The position numbers and the translations under genes were made by a program. Shown in pieces: positions 11,156 through 20,599 of a DNA stretch of 34,281 bases; within the stretch, counting starts at the first letter, position 1; the number at the start of each line of letters is the position of its first letter. The notes beneath the pieces were generated by a model. That model had not been told where the DNA came from. It did not search any database and saw only the letters and a program-made list of their open reading frames with translations. This DNA comes from Tolypothrix carrinoi HA7290-LM1 (GTDB lineage Bacteria > Cyanobacteriota > Cyanobacteriia > Cyanobacteriales > Nostocaceae): positions 1 to 34,281 of the forward strand of contig JAHHIK010000091.1 of NCBI GenBank assembly GCA_019358935.1, written 5' to 3'.

Positions 11156-11686
11156 TTAGTATTCGTCTGCACACATTAACAACCCAACCCGCCAAGTTTT
11201 ATCGGGGTTGCTTGGATCATCAGAACCCAAATCTTGACCTTTGCGGAATGCTTCACGGTCGTAGTAATCGATTTTGTAAAAATATCGAATTCCGTCCAGT
11301 TCAACCACCGCTAGATCGTGTTCATTATACGGGTCATTATTAGAAGTGAATTTGTCAAAGCTACGCACCAGTTGAATGAGTTGGGCTAATTTGTTAACTG
11401 GGAGGGCTTGGACGTTACGAGTCATGCAGGTTATGCCCAAACTGGTGTCACCTTGGCGAAAGCGATCGTTCAGTTCTGCAACCGATATTTTGAGTTTAGG
11501 GTTTCGACAACTATAAGCTGCTTCAATCACGTTGTCTGGGTCAAACTCAGGTGGGACTTTAAGTAATGTCCAGCATGAAGTGCCTTCAATTGTTGCGCTT
11601 TGTTTTTCTGTTAAAAAGTCACTGAGGACTTCTATAAAATGGTCTTCACCATGCTGTTGCCACAGCTTTTCTAATGTTTGTTTCAT
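11156..11686 (-). CDS. DUF3768-like protein
   Basis: LNDRFR...FDKFTSNNDPYNEHD...YKIDYYD...GSDDPSNP...ADEY pattern. Confidence 0.75.
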   Translation of the reverse strand: MKQTLEKLWQQHGEDHFIEVLSDFLTEKQSATIEGTSCWTLLKVPPEFDPDNVIEAAYSCRNPKLKISVAELNDRFRQGDTSLGITCMTRNVQALPVNKLAQLIQLVRSFDKFTSNNDPYNEHDLAVVELDGIRYFYKIDYYDREAFRKGQDLGSDDPSNPDKTWRVGLLMCADEY

Positions 11687-12000
11687 TGATTTATATGGAT
11701 TATAGGATTGGACTCAGCTACGTCCGTATGTGAACGTGCTGGCTAATCCTAAAGGGCGTTAGCCCTGATTTCTCTCTAGTTATCAGTGACTTAAAGTCGA
11801 GATTGAAGAACGGAGTTCTCTTTCTTTGAACTGAAGAGCGAAGCGCAACTACAAGCGCTGCGATGGTCTAGCTGCTAGCCTTGTCGGGCTTCGCAATTTT
11901 TTTAACTCAGCCTAACGGCTGATAGCCTCACTGAAAATTCTTCCCGTTGATAGAACCAATTTTTCAAGAGTGTTGGTTAATTTAATTTGTCAATTTTGAA

Positions 12001-12020
12001 TGATTTGTAGCTACAAATCA
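12001..12020. promoter_or_regulatory. Perfect 20-bp palindrome, putative operator
   Basis: TGATTTGTAGCTACAAATCA just upstream of the M23 gene; core recurs at 18264-18277. Confidence 0.6.
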
Positions 12021-12034
12021 TTTGAAGGTTCTTT

Positions 12035-14665
12035 ATGAGACTTCCAAAAACGAATACTACTTTTCTCTATTTTTTGAAAACATTTTTGCTGCCGTCAAAG
12101 ACAACTTTTGAAGAAAGTGTTGAACCGACAATGATTAGAAGATTACCCAGATATTGGCGCTTTCTGACTTGCATATTTTCTGCCTTTTTAATCATTTCCA
12201 GTTTTCTAACATTTCCGGTAAGTGCGGTGGGACAGACTCTTAGTGATGGAAGTCTGCCAACACGGATTTGGGAAGTCAAGAGTGCTGAGAAACAAGGAAA
12301 TCCCACTAAAACGAATGTTCTTTTACCGGATTGGAAGCAGATAACATTCAGTCAGATGCCGCCGATTAGTAAATCCGGTAGCATTAATGCTAGTGAGTAC
12401 ACGCAAGCCGTTGGTTACGACTTAAGCCGCAGCTGGCAGGCTGGGCAAACTCCCGATCAATATATGAAGCTGGGGGATGTAAGCCAAGCTTTGCAACCTG
12501 AACTGCTTTCGGTTGGGGCAATTGCACAAGCTACGGGTTTGAATTTAAATGAGGTTGCTTTGAGTACTTTTACTCTGGTTGCCGAGCAGACTTTAGACCA
12601 ATTAGTTAAAGCAGTGCCGATGACGGGACAATTCAATGTCCGAGATGTTGCCCCCGTTGCTGCTTTGCTTGGCACGTCATCTGTGGGCGATGTATCCGAT
12701 CTTCAAATTGCTCAAGTACTAGCTCAAAATCCTCAACTAGGGCAACTAAAGCTTGGGGAAATAGATTTGAGCCATTACTCAGTTTCTTCCATTCCTAATT
12801 TAGACAGCACACCACTCCAACAGTTTACAGGCTGGCAGAACACTTTTATTAAAGACGTGCCAGGACTAAATACTTTGCCTCTGGCTGCGATGCCTAATCC
12901 CATTGCTGAACTTGGCAGTTTAGTAATGCGGATCGATATGGTTTATGGTAAAGCTGAAGCTAAACGAACTAATACCGTTTCTGGCTCTGATGTCCAGGGG
13001 TTTTCAGTTCTCTGTGAGGGAAATGATTGTGCCTATGTTGAGCTTGACGATTTAGAAAATCAAGGTCGAGCTGCTCGCGGATCGTTGGAAGGAAAACAGT
13101 GGATTTCCGGTAAATACCAGGAAGTCGAAGGAGGTTGGGGCTGTTTAAAAGGTTTTAACGGTGGCAAAGAGCCAACCGGGAGATTGCCGTTTGGCAGTTC
13201 TTTTAAAGTGGTGATTTGGGATACGGATGAAACGACCGATAGCATTACCACTGCTTTGTTTTTCCGGTTTTGCAGTCCTTGCGGATGTACGCCTTACTTT
13301 ATTGGACCAGTTCCCTTCTTCACTTATCGGGTCAATTCTCCAATATTTGTGGGGACTTTGAATGAAAGGCTTGTTACTGCTGCTTACATGCCGACTCAGG
13401 CTCAACCAGAAGTGATGTCTTCATCAGCATCGACACCCAAACCCGTCCAAAATGCTGTTTCCACTGTTAATATACCTTGTTCCCCTGCGAAAACGTCTGG
13501 GGCATCTTTGCAAGGGATCAACCTAGATGCTTTAGGTCGTGCGATCGCTCTTATCGAAAGCGATGGTCAGTTTGATGGGTTCGGTCTTTATGTTTGTGCT
13601 GATAAAGGACAGAACTGTGGGCGTGCTTTAGGAAAGTACCAAGATATGTCCTACAACCCCTACGCGGTGAAGGCGATTAGCAGTAAACCAGGTGGTGAGG
13701 CGTGGCTCTTGAAAATTCGCTCTGGCGGGGAGATAACGAAGCAAGAACTTTTTCAGTTCTATCCGCCTGCGGATCAAGAAGCAGCTTTCAAAGCTTCGTT
13801 GCGAGACAAGATTGCTTCTACATCTGAACAGATTGATCCTAAAACTGGGAGGCCTTACTTAGGCGATTTTCGTTCTCCTACCGGAGACGCTGCGCGGTTT
13901 TCATGCGCGTTCGCGAAGCGTCTCGAAGAGAAGCGCTGTATGGAGACGCTACGCGATAGCTGCGCTCGCCGTAGGCATCGCTTAATTGAGCGAGTAGCGC
14001 AGAAACATTTTGGGGGAGAATACTCCAAAGTTGACTCTGGTGCAAGCGACACCTATGGTCGGTTGAGTATTTACACTTATGGGCTTGACGCTTTAAAGCG
14101 ATACAAGTCAGACGTGGGTGGTACTTTGACTAACACTGCTTGTACTTCTACTGCTTCTGCGTCCTCCACTCTTCCTGCGTCTCCTACAACCCAAAAAAGT
14201 GGAGCGAGTAATTCTTCATCAGCCCTTAAAGCGACGAACAACTATGTCAAACCTTCAAACGGGCTAATAACCAGTAATTTCGGTTGGCAGACTCACCCGG
14301 TTACTGGTGTGCGGAAAATGCAGAATGGTCTTAATTATACCGCAGATATTGGAAGCTCGGTTAAAGCAGCTGATGCTGGTGTTGTTAAGTCTGTTGTCTC
14401 TAACTGTAGTCGAGGTGAGAGCAGCTGCGGTGGCGGCTACGGGAATTGGATTGAAATCGACCACGGTAACGGTAGAACCACTCGGTACGCTCACCTGCAA
14501 TCTGGAAGCGTCAAGGTTAACCCAGGAGACACAGTTTCTCAAGGGCAAGTGATTGGTGGAATTGGCAGCACGGGGTTGTCAACAGAACCACACCTGTATT
14601 TTGAAACCCGCTCCTCTGGTAGCTCTGTCAACCCGTCTCAATTTGGACTTATGCAAGCCAATTAG
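12035..14665 (+). CDS. Secreted M23-family peptidase, likely conjugation-associated
   Basis: Hydrophobic N-terminus; C-terminal GYGNWIEIDHG...TRYAHL...GSTGLSTEPHLYFE; lysozyme-like AIALIES...ALGKYQ segment. Zn-ligand motifs look degenerate (QNGLN, HLYF). Confidence 0.8.
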   Translation: MRLPKTNTTFLYFLKTFLLPSKTTFEESVEPTMIRRLPRYWRFLTCIFSAFLIISSFLTFPVSAVGQTLSDGSLPTRIWEVKSAEKQGNPTKTNVLLPDWKQITFSQMPPISKSGSINASEYTQAVGYDLSRSWQAGQTPDQYMKLGDVSQALQPELLSVGAIAQATGLNLNEVALSTFTLVAEQTLDQLVKAVPMTGQFNVRDVAPVAALLGTSSVGDVSDLQIAQVLAQNPQLGQLKLGEIDLSHYSVSSIPNLDSTPLQQFTGWQNTFIKDVPGLNTLPLAAMPNPIAELGSLVMRIDMVYGKAEAKRTNTVSGSDVQGFSVLCEGNDCAYVELDDLENQGRAARGSLEGKQWISGKYQEVEGGWGCLKGFNGGKEPTGRLPFGSSFKVVIWDTDETTDSITTALFFRFCSPCGCTPYFIGPVPFFTYRVNSPIFVGTLNERLVTAAYMPTQAQPEVMSSSASTPKPVQNAVSTVNIPCSPAKTSGASLQGINLDALGRAIALIESDGQFDGFGLYVCADKGQNCGRALGKYQDMSYNPYAVKAISSKPGGEAWLLKIRSGGEITKQELFQFYPPADQEAAFKASLRDKIASTSEQIDPKTGRPYLGDFRSPTGDAARFSCAFAKRLEEKRCMETLRDSCARRRHRLIERVAQKHFGGEYSKVDSGASDTYGRLSIYTYGLDALKRYKSDVGGTLTNTACTSTASASSTLPASPTTQKSGASNSSSALKATNNYVKPSNGLITSNFGWQTHPVTGVRKMQNGLNYTADIGSSVKAADAGVVKSVVSNCSRGESSCGGGYGNWIEIDHGNGRTTRYAHLQSGSVKVNPGDTVSQGQVIGGIGSTGLSTEPHLYFETRSSGSSVNPSQFGLMQAN
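13863..13981. repeat. Nested stack of small dispersed repeats, 111 nt inserted in frame at a HIP1 site
   Basis: Removing 13868-13978 restores GGCGATCGC (G-D-R); contains GGAGACGCT twice, CGTTCGCGAAGCGTCTCGAAGAGAAG and an SDR5-like unit at 13953-13981. Confidence 0.75.
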
Positions 14666-14773
14666 GACTTACGCACAAGTCGCGAAAAAACGAACCACGT
14701 TCGCATAGCATCTCCGACAGGAGAAGGGAAGCAGAAGAAATAAGAGTTAGAAAGAGTTTTTGCCTAAGTCCTA
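14663..14773. mobile_element. MITE with TAGGACTTACGCA terminal inverted repeats
   Basis: TAGGACTTACGCA...TGCCTAAGTCCTA flanked by CCAAT on both sides. Confidence 0.75.
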
Positions 14774-14878
14774 CCAATGAAAGTAAAAAACCAACTAGCA
14801 TCGTTCCTGTCTGGCTTAGGCTTTACGTTAGTTGGGGTTTCAAATTTGCACTAATGTTGCGATTTTCAGTGAATTTCA

Positions 14879-15403
14879 ATGAAAAGACTCATAAAAAGAA
14901 GGTTTTTGCAGTTTACTTGGGGCGTGTTAACTGTCCTGATGATTTCCTTGATCTGCGGGTTGTTTGCCCCAACAAACAGCCAAACCAGTGAAATAGAGGT
15001 TCCGATCGCCTGCGTTCCTAAAAGTATTGGTGTTGTGAGAACAGAACTAGTAACGGCTGTATCAGAAAAAGGCATTCAATACCGCTTGCTGGATGCTTAT
15101 ACCGAAGGAGCCTCTGTGCCATTTTCTCTGTTGGTTTCTCTCAAGGGCAAATCGTGCCAGATTCTTCTTTCTAATCCCATGAATGACTTTTACCCCTACC
15201 ACCGTGTAGTGCCGTTGCAAGTAGCGCGACAGATAGCTTTGGGCGAGCTGCGTTACTCCGCTGACAAGTTAGGAGGAATAGATAAGTTCCGTGCCACGTT
15301 ACAACCACGATCTTCAGGCTCGTCTTGGGAATTTGCTTTTATAGGACATTTGGGCGTTGCAACACGTAGGAATCACACCACCCAAAAATATCAAGGTTGT
15401 TAG
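14879..15403 (+). CDS. Hypothetical exported protein
   Basis: Signal-peptide-like N-terminus; co-oriented with the M23 gene. Confidence 0.6.
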   Translation: MKRLIKRRFLQFTWGVLTVLMISLICGLFAPTNSQTSEIEVPIACVPKSIGVVRTELVTAVSEKGIQYRLLDAYTEGASVPFSLLVSLKGKSCQILLSNPMNDFYPYHRVVPLQVARQIALGELRYSADKLGGIDKFRATLQPRSSGSSWEFAFIGHLGVATRRNHTTQKYQGC

Positions 15404-16071
15404 AGCGAAATAGAGGTAGGTCAGTGTCAAAACTAAAATTGCCAAAACATCACGTTTTATCTTCATCCCCTGTTTCTAAACCTCCAAGCTGCTGGATGTC
15501 ACTTGCCCGTTGGTTCCGTTTTGGGCTTGGGGTTTTTTTGTTGCTTTCATTATTATTGGGAACTGTTGGTTGTAGTTCTAGTGCCGCAACGGTATCTTGG
15601 CAGAAAGCATCATCTGTAGTTTCTGTCAAGACTTTAGAACAAATTGTTCAACAAAATACTGAACTCGATCCGACTCAAGCAACTGCGGATGTGCTGGCTT
15701 GGACTGTAAAAGGAAAAGCTGGAAAATTGGTTGTTCTTGATTACAATAACTCCGGTGTTTGTGGAGCAGCGGGCTGTTTGTACAATGGCTATTTAGTTGG
15801 TAAAAATGAGCAGTTAAGCCAGGTTTTTTCGAGTTATTTGAACCCTTACTTACCACAGCATCAGCCTTTGTTTCAAGTTGGCGATGCTCCAGAGGAGTCG
15901 CTTGGCGTAGACGCGGAGCGGCTTGTCGTTAGACATCGCTCTGATACGGCTTTGCCTTGTTTGCAGGTTATGCAGGTGGATAACAACCGACTTCGACAAA
16001 TGCTCTTTTGCTTCAATGGTCAAAATTATCAGTTAGCCAGCAGTCAGTTACTTGACAAAAATAGCAAATAA
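15397..16071 (+). CDS. Hypothetical lipoprotein
   Basis: Hydrophobic stretch then TVGC lipobox-like motif; CGAAGC; 27-nt in-frame HIP1 insertion at 15908-15934. Confidence 0.65.
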   Translation: MLERNRGRSVSKLKLPKHHVLSSSPVSKPPSCWMSLARWFRFGLGVFLLLSLLLGTVGCSSSAATVSWQKASSVVSVKTLEQIVQQNTELDPTQATADVLAWTVKGKAGKLVVLDYNNSGVCGAAGCLYNGYLVGKNEQLSQVFSSYLNPYLPQHQPLFQVGDAPEESLGVDAERLVVRHRSDTALPCLQVMQVDNNRLRQMLFCFNGQNYQLASSQLLDKNSK

Positions 16072-16105
16072 CGCTCTACGTATGGGACGCACTCTTGGTG
16101 CTGCC

Positions 16106-16149
16106 AAAAAAGATTCCCCCAGCACCATTAGTGACTGGGGGTCTTTTTT
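16106..16149. terminator. Bidirectional intrinsic terminator
   Basis: AAAAAAGA-TTCCCCCAG...CTGGGGG-TCTTTTTT between convergent genes. Confidence 0.7.
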
Positions 16150-16160
16150 AGATTTTCGGA

Positions 16161-17204
16161 CTATGCTTCATCCTCATCATCGCTAAAATCATCATCAAAG
16201 TCGTCGTCGAATTCTGATTCCTCGTCTTCAAGCTCATCCTCGAAGTCGTCATCATCTTCAACTTGGCTGATTTTCCGAGGTGGTTTGTCGTGACTGCCTG
16301 TATTAGTCTTTGTTTTCTCTGCTGGTTTCCCGGCTGGAGGGAGAACTTTGACTTCAGGTTCAGAAGAGACTGGTAGGGCTGGTGTTTCTGTAAATCCAGC
16401 GATCATATCATGCAGATTCCAGATACTATTTTTGTGTTGGGGTCTGCCAAGATAAAGCTGCGACAGATTATCAATTGTCGGCTTTGTATAGCTGAGGGTT
16501 TTGCAGCAGTAGGATTTATTGTTTCCTTCGCCTTCCTTAACAGCTTTAAACTGGCAATTAATAACCCCCAATGAGCGCCATTTGTCATTTTTACCGCTAA
16601 ATGGTACTTTGAAGTAATCTGAAAATGTTTTTTCAAGTAGTCGGTAAAACTCGTCACGAGCTGCTTTGAAGCTCCACAGAGCTACGTTTTTAAAGCGGAT
16701 CACAATGGGAGTTGAATGCATTGGACGATTGGTTTCGTCCAGGAACACCAGGGCGTGTTCGCTGACAACATCCATTGTTTTCTTGTCGAGGTTTAGTTTG
16801 TACTCATCGTACAGTCCAACAACACTGCCACCGACATCGGGGGCATCGCTTTTATAGCGAATGTATTCAGGTACAAAGCCTAAGACAAGAATTCGGGCTT
16901 TAGTGAGTAGCAAACCAGTCACGTCTTCACTAAGTGTGACAGTAGTTAAGTCATCATCATCAGGCATAGCAAACCAATTCGCCTTTTCCAGTTGATCTTC
17001 TGGAATGAGAATACCTGCGGGGTTATCATTGATGACAATCCCATAAGGCAAGACGGGTCGGCGGATTTGATTATATTCTGAACCCAGTAATTCGGGGTCA
17101 ATATCGAATATTGCTTGCTCTTGAACTTGAGTTGCTTCTTGAGTGACTTCTTGTTCAGCTGGTTTAGTTCTGGATTTAGTTGATTTGTTATTAGTTCTAA
17201 CCAT
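16161..17204 (-). CDS. DUF5895-like plasmid protein with very acidic C-terminal tail
   Basis: Long ORF, probable start MVRTNN at 17204; D/E-rich tail; family recalled from memory. Confidence 0.6.
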   Translation of the reverse strand: MVRTNNKSTKSRTKPAEQEVTQEATQVQEQAIFDIDPELLGSEYNQIRRPVLPYGIVINDNPAGILIPEDQLEKANWFAMPDDDDLTTVTLSEDVTGLLLTKARILVLGFVPEYIRYKSDAPDVGGSVVGLYDEYKLNLDKKTMDVVSEHALVFLDETNRPMHSTPIVIRFKNVALWSFKAARDEFYRLLEKTFSDYFKVPFSGKNDKWRSLGVINCQFKAVKEGEGNNKSYCCKTLSYTKPTIDNLSQLYLGRPQHKNSIWNLHDMIAGFTETPALPVSSEPEVKVLPPAGKPAEKTKTNTGSHDKPPRKISQVEDDDDFEDELEDEESEFDDDFDDDFSDDEDEA

Positions 17205-17364
17205 GAGGGTGAAAATTAAAGTTTCCGCCCTCACTAGTGGCGGTAGCCACAGTGGGCGGAGTTTATGTCTATCAGGCGTGGTAGATAAATCAAGCATTGA
17301 GTGAGCGCACGACACCCCCAGTCCAAAACTCGCTAAAATAAGTTTAATCATTAGACTTAAATCA

Positions 17365-17676
17365 ATGATTCAGGAGTCAGAGGGGTACGACGCACAGCGG
17401 GTGATTATGCTGCTAAAATTTATGCGCTCCATTCGCAGTAAAGCCTTGCATCCCCGAAACTTCGTTGAAAAATACCAACTGACCCAGGCTCAACTCGCCG
17501 AACTCCTCGGCGTGTCCGTGCAGCTTGTCAAAACTTGGTTTGCGCGTGAAGACCCGCGTGAACCAGAACAAAAGTATTTAGACCGACTGGCTGAAATTGA
17601 TGCTCTCCTCGAAATCAAAAAGGTCATCGACGAAAAAATTCCCCCCCACTTACGTAAGCTGTTTCACCTCGATTAA
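17365..17676 (+). CDS. XRE-type helix-turn-helix regulator
   Basis: LTQAQLAELLGVSVQLVKTW. Confidence 0.8.
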   Translation: MIQESEGYDAQRVIMLLKFMRSIRSKALHPRNFVEKYQLTQAQLAELLGVSVQLVKTWFAREDPREPEQKYLDRLAEIDALLEIKKVIDEKIPPHLRKLFHLD

Positions 17677-17758
17677 AGTCTAATCATTATACTTTTACTC
17701 TTGACCTTGCACAGCGGCGAACTTTACTGTGATAAAAAGTCGTTCGTTACTCTTAATT

Positions 17759-18010
17759 ATGATGACCCAGAGCTTTCTCTCCGGCAACGATAACGAAAAT
17801 GCACCCGTACCTAACACAGCCCAAACAACATCCCCCCACCGAGAATCCATCAAACATCTACTGATTGGTTCTCCCAAAGCTGTGACCAGCACAATTCACG
17901 TTTTACACCAGCTTAATTATGCCCATGTGGGTGATTGGAGCGACCTGTTGCCAACCGCTAATCAAGGAGAAGTAATGAGTATTTTGAGTCGCACAATTTC
18001 GGTACAGTAG
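17759..18010 (+). CDS. Conserved small cyanobacterial hypothetical protein
   Basis: IKHLLIGSPKAVTSTIHVLHQLNYAHVGDWS pattern; start uncertain. Confidence 0.65.
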   Translation: MMTQSFLSGNDNENAPVPNTAQTTSPHRESIKHLLIGSPKAVTSTIHVLHQLNYAHVGDWSDLLPTANQGEVMSILSRTISVQ

Positions 18011-18040
18011 TAGTTAGTGCGCTGAAGAAGAAGAGTTTAC

Positions 18041-18066
18041 GCCCCCAATAGTGGGGGTTATTTTTT
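18041..18066 (+). terminator. Intrinsic terminator
   Basis: GCCCCCA-ATAG-TGGGGGT then a T-run. Confidence 0.6.
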
Positions 18067-18319
18067 AGGTGAAGATACTAAATAAAATTATATTTATTCA
18101 ACATAAAACTGCTTTTCCTAGCTAAATCCTAACCTTTGCTATAACTTCTTTGCCTTTTGGATCGAACTTCGACTGAAAACCGAATTGATATGTAAAAATT
18201 CTACCTATTGACAGAACCAAACTGTTTATATCGTTGTTAAACTAACTTGTCTATTTTGAGCAGTTTGTAGCTACAAATAGGATTTCAATACATTTTAAAA
18301 ACTACTTTAATCATAAAAG

Positions 18320-20218
18320 ATGATTTTTGCTTTCAAGGTTTTGTTAAATCAGGCGGTGAACCAGCCTGCAATTGTAAGTAGAAAAACAGAAGCACCTATT
18401 CCAGGTTCTTCAATTAATATGGGCGGGTTACTCAAACAATTCAGCAATCCAGAAGGACTATTAACAATAGGTGGGCTAATTTTTATCCTTTTGGTGCTGC
18501 GATTTGTTGGGGGCGGAAAAGGCAAAATTACCACAGGTAAGGTTTGTGGAGTTGCTGAGAAGTTAGCAGCAACCCAACTAGCGCTTAAACAGATCAAGGA
18601 GCGCAAACATAACAAGGTTTGCCTTTGGTGTGGTAGCCCTCGTTATTGGTGGAAAGGGAAGAATTTCAAAGGTCTGGTTGCTACCGTGCAGACAGCAATA
18701 GGTGCGATTCCTACGATTTGGCTTCCTCATGCTGAACGGTCTATTTTGGTAATTGGTGCCCCTGGATCTGGGAAAACTTTTTCAACGATTGATCGCGCCC
18801 TAGAAAGCGCAATGGTTCAAGGGTTTCCGATTATACTTTACGACAAGAAAGGAGACCAACTCAAGCTCCATGCACCGCTGGCGGCTCGTTATGGCTATAA
18901 GGTTCGGGTATTTGCGCCAGGGGAACCCTATTCAGGAGTTATTAATCCTCTTGACTTTATGAAGTCCCCGCAAGACGCGGTGATGGCAGGTGAAATTGGG
19001 CAAGTTATTAACAGAAACGCCAGTTCTAGTCAGGGAAAGAGTGATGAGTTTTTCTCCAAGGCTGGAGACTTGCTGGCTAAAGCGATTCTACAGCTAGTTA
19101 AGGGGTCTCGCTATCCAGATATGGCAATGGTTTATAGCGTGCTGAGACTGCCCAATTTAGTGAAGCGCATCGACTTTGCCGTGCAGTCTCGTGCTATGGA
19201 CGAGTGGATAGCTACCAGTTTTAATCAGTTTCTTAGTGCTAAGGAAGCAGAAAAGACAATTTCCGGTATTTTAACGACGGCAGCGGGAACATTTAGTAGT
19301 TTTATTCAGGCTGATTTATTAAGGGCTTTTATTGGCAAGTCCGATATTCCCACACGAATTGAAGGTCGGGAGATGATTGTTTTTAAGTTAGACGACGAGC
19401 GTCGAAGCGTCGTGGGACCTCTGTTAGCAGCAGCAATTCATTTGATTGTTGTTTCTAACCTTAGTCGTCCAAGAAAAGACCCTTTAATCATTTCGCTTGA
19501 CGAGTTTCCTTCAATCCGATTGGATCGGATGCCTCAATGGATTAACGAATACCGTTCTAATGGCGCTTGTTTTATTTTGGGAATTCAAAGTTTGGAGCAG
19601 TTGTACGAGGGCTATGGTGAAAAATTAGGGGCGGCGATCGCTAGTGCTTGTAGTACCCATGTTCTATTTAATCCAGGCAACCCGGACACTGCTAAAAAAT
19701 ATTCTGAGCGGTATGGTGAAAAAGAAATTACTCTCAAAAACAAGTCTACCACTCGCTCTAACGGAAACCAGTCAATTAGTTGGAGCGAATCTCTTCAGAA
19801 AATGCCGTTGTTCTCGGTGGATGAAATTTTACGTTTTCCTCCAGGGAAGTGTGTAATCACCAATCCTGGTTACAGTTCCGGTGGAGAAGGTTCAATCCCT
19901 TATCCGCTGACCATACCAATTCCGTTGGCAGATTTAAAACGGAAAGATGAGAGCGAGGAACTTTGGGACACGCATGTGAGGAAGCATTTGGAAAGTCGCG
20001 TCCAACTCGCTAGCCTTGACCAGCTAACCGCAGCCCTTTACGAACGTATTGAAGAAGCAGAGCGAATGTTGCCGTTACCAGACGAAGCTGGTAATGTTCC
20101 GCCGACCAGTACACCAAAGGGCAGAAATAACGCTGTTGATGCTTTAGACTCTGTTGTTCCTAAGAGAGCTAACCTTAGAACTCGCGTTTTTGCACCCCCA
20201 GAGATTGGGAGTCGGTGA
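18320..20218 (+). CDS. virD4: Type IV coupling protein (VirD4/TraG family)
   Basis: N-terminal TM; Walker A GAPGSGKT; YDKKG; Walker B LDEFP; GIQSLEQL...YG. Confidence 0.9.
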   Translation: MIFAFKVLLNQAVNQPAIVSRKTEAPIPGSSINMGGLLKQFSNPEGLLTIGGLIFILLVLRFVGGGKGKITTGKVCGVAEKLAATQLALKQIKERKHNKVCLWCGSPRYWWKGKNFKGLVATVQTAIGAIPTIWLPHAERSILVIGAPGSGKTFSTIDRALESAMVQGFPIILYDKKGDQLKLHAPLAARYGYKVRVFAPGEPYSGVINPLDFMKSPQDAVMAGEIGQVINRNASSSQGKSDEFFSKAGDLLAKAILQLVKGSRYPDMAMVYSVLRLPNLVKRIDFAVQSRAMDEWIATSFNQFLSAKEAEKTISGILTTAAGTFSSFIQADLLRAFIGKSDIPTRIEGREMIVFKLDDERRSVVGPLLAAAIHLIVVSNLSRPRKDPLIISLDEFPSIRLDRMPQWINEYRSNGACFILGIQSLEQLYEGYGEKLGAAIASACSTHVLFNPGNPDTAKKYSERYGEKEITLKNKSTTRSNGNQSISWSESLQKMPLFSVDEILRFPPGKCVITNPGYSSGGEGSIPYPLTIPIPLADLKRKDESEELWDTHVRKHLESRVQLASLDQLTAALYERIEEAERMLPLPDEAGNVPPTSTPKGRNNAVDALDSVVPKRANLRTRVFAPPEIGSR

Positions 20219-20232
20219 CGGATGTAGTAAAT

Positions 20233-20485
20233 AAGAAAGCCGCTTTAGATTTAGATTGGGATGAACCAGAATCTCGCAATCTCGCCTTATCTAGAATATT
20301 GCAAGCATTAAACTCAGTTGAGTCGTGGGTAGAGCAAAAAACTAATTTAGACTTCAAAACCAGCAATCAGGTAAACAAGAGCCTTAAAGATGCAAGGCAT
20401 CTTTAAGCACAAGATGTGGAGGAGGGATCAGATGGTTTCCCAAAGCTTCGTAAAGCTGTCGCCAAAGATCGACGCATTTCATTCG
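20233..20485 (+). pseudogene. Internal fragment of an IS1182-like transposase
   Basis: KAALDLDWDEP...*AQDVE...PKLRKAVAKDRRIS with an in-frame stop at 20404-20406. Confidence 0.6.
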
Positions 20486-20599
20486 CTTCCGATTGTAATA
20501 AATTAAGTTGTTGCATTGATGTTTTCCTGTTCTATCGCTACACCTAGTTGAGCAATTACAATTAATCTATACTCCGAAAACCCTGAAGATTCCGTGCAA

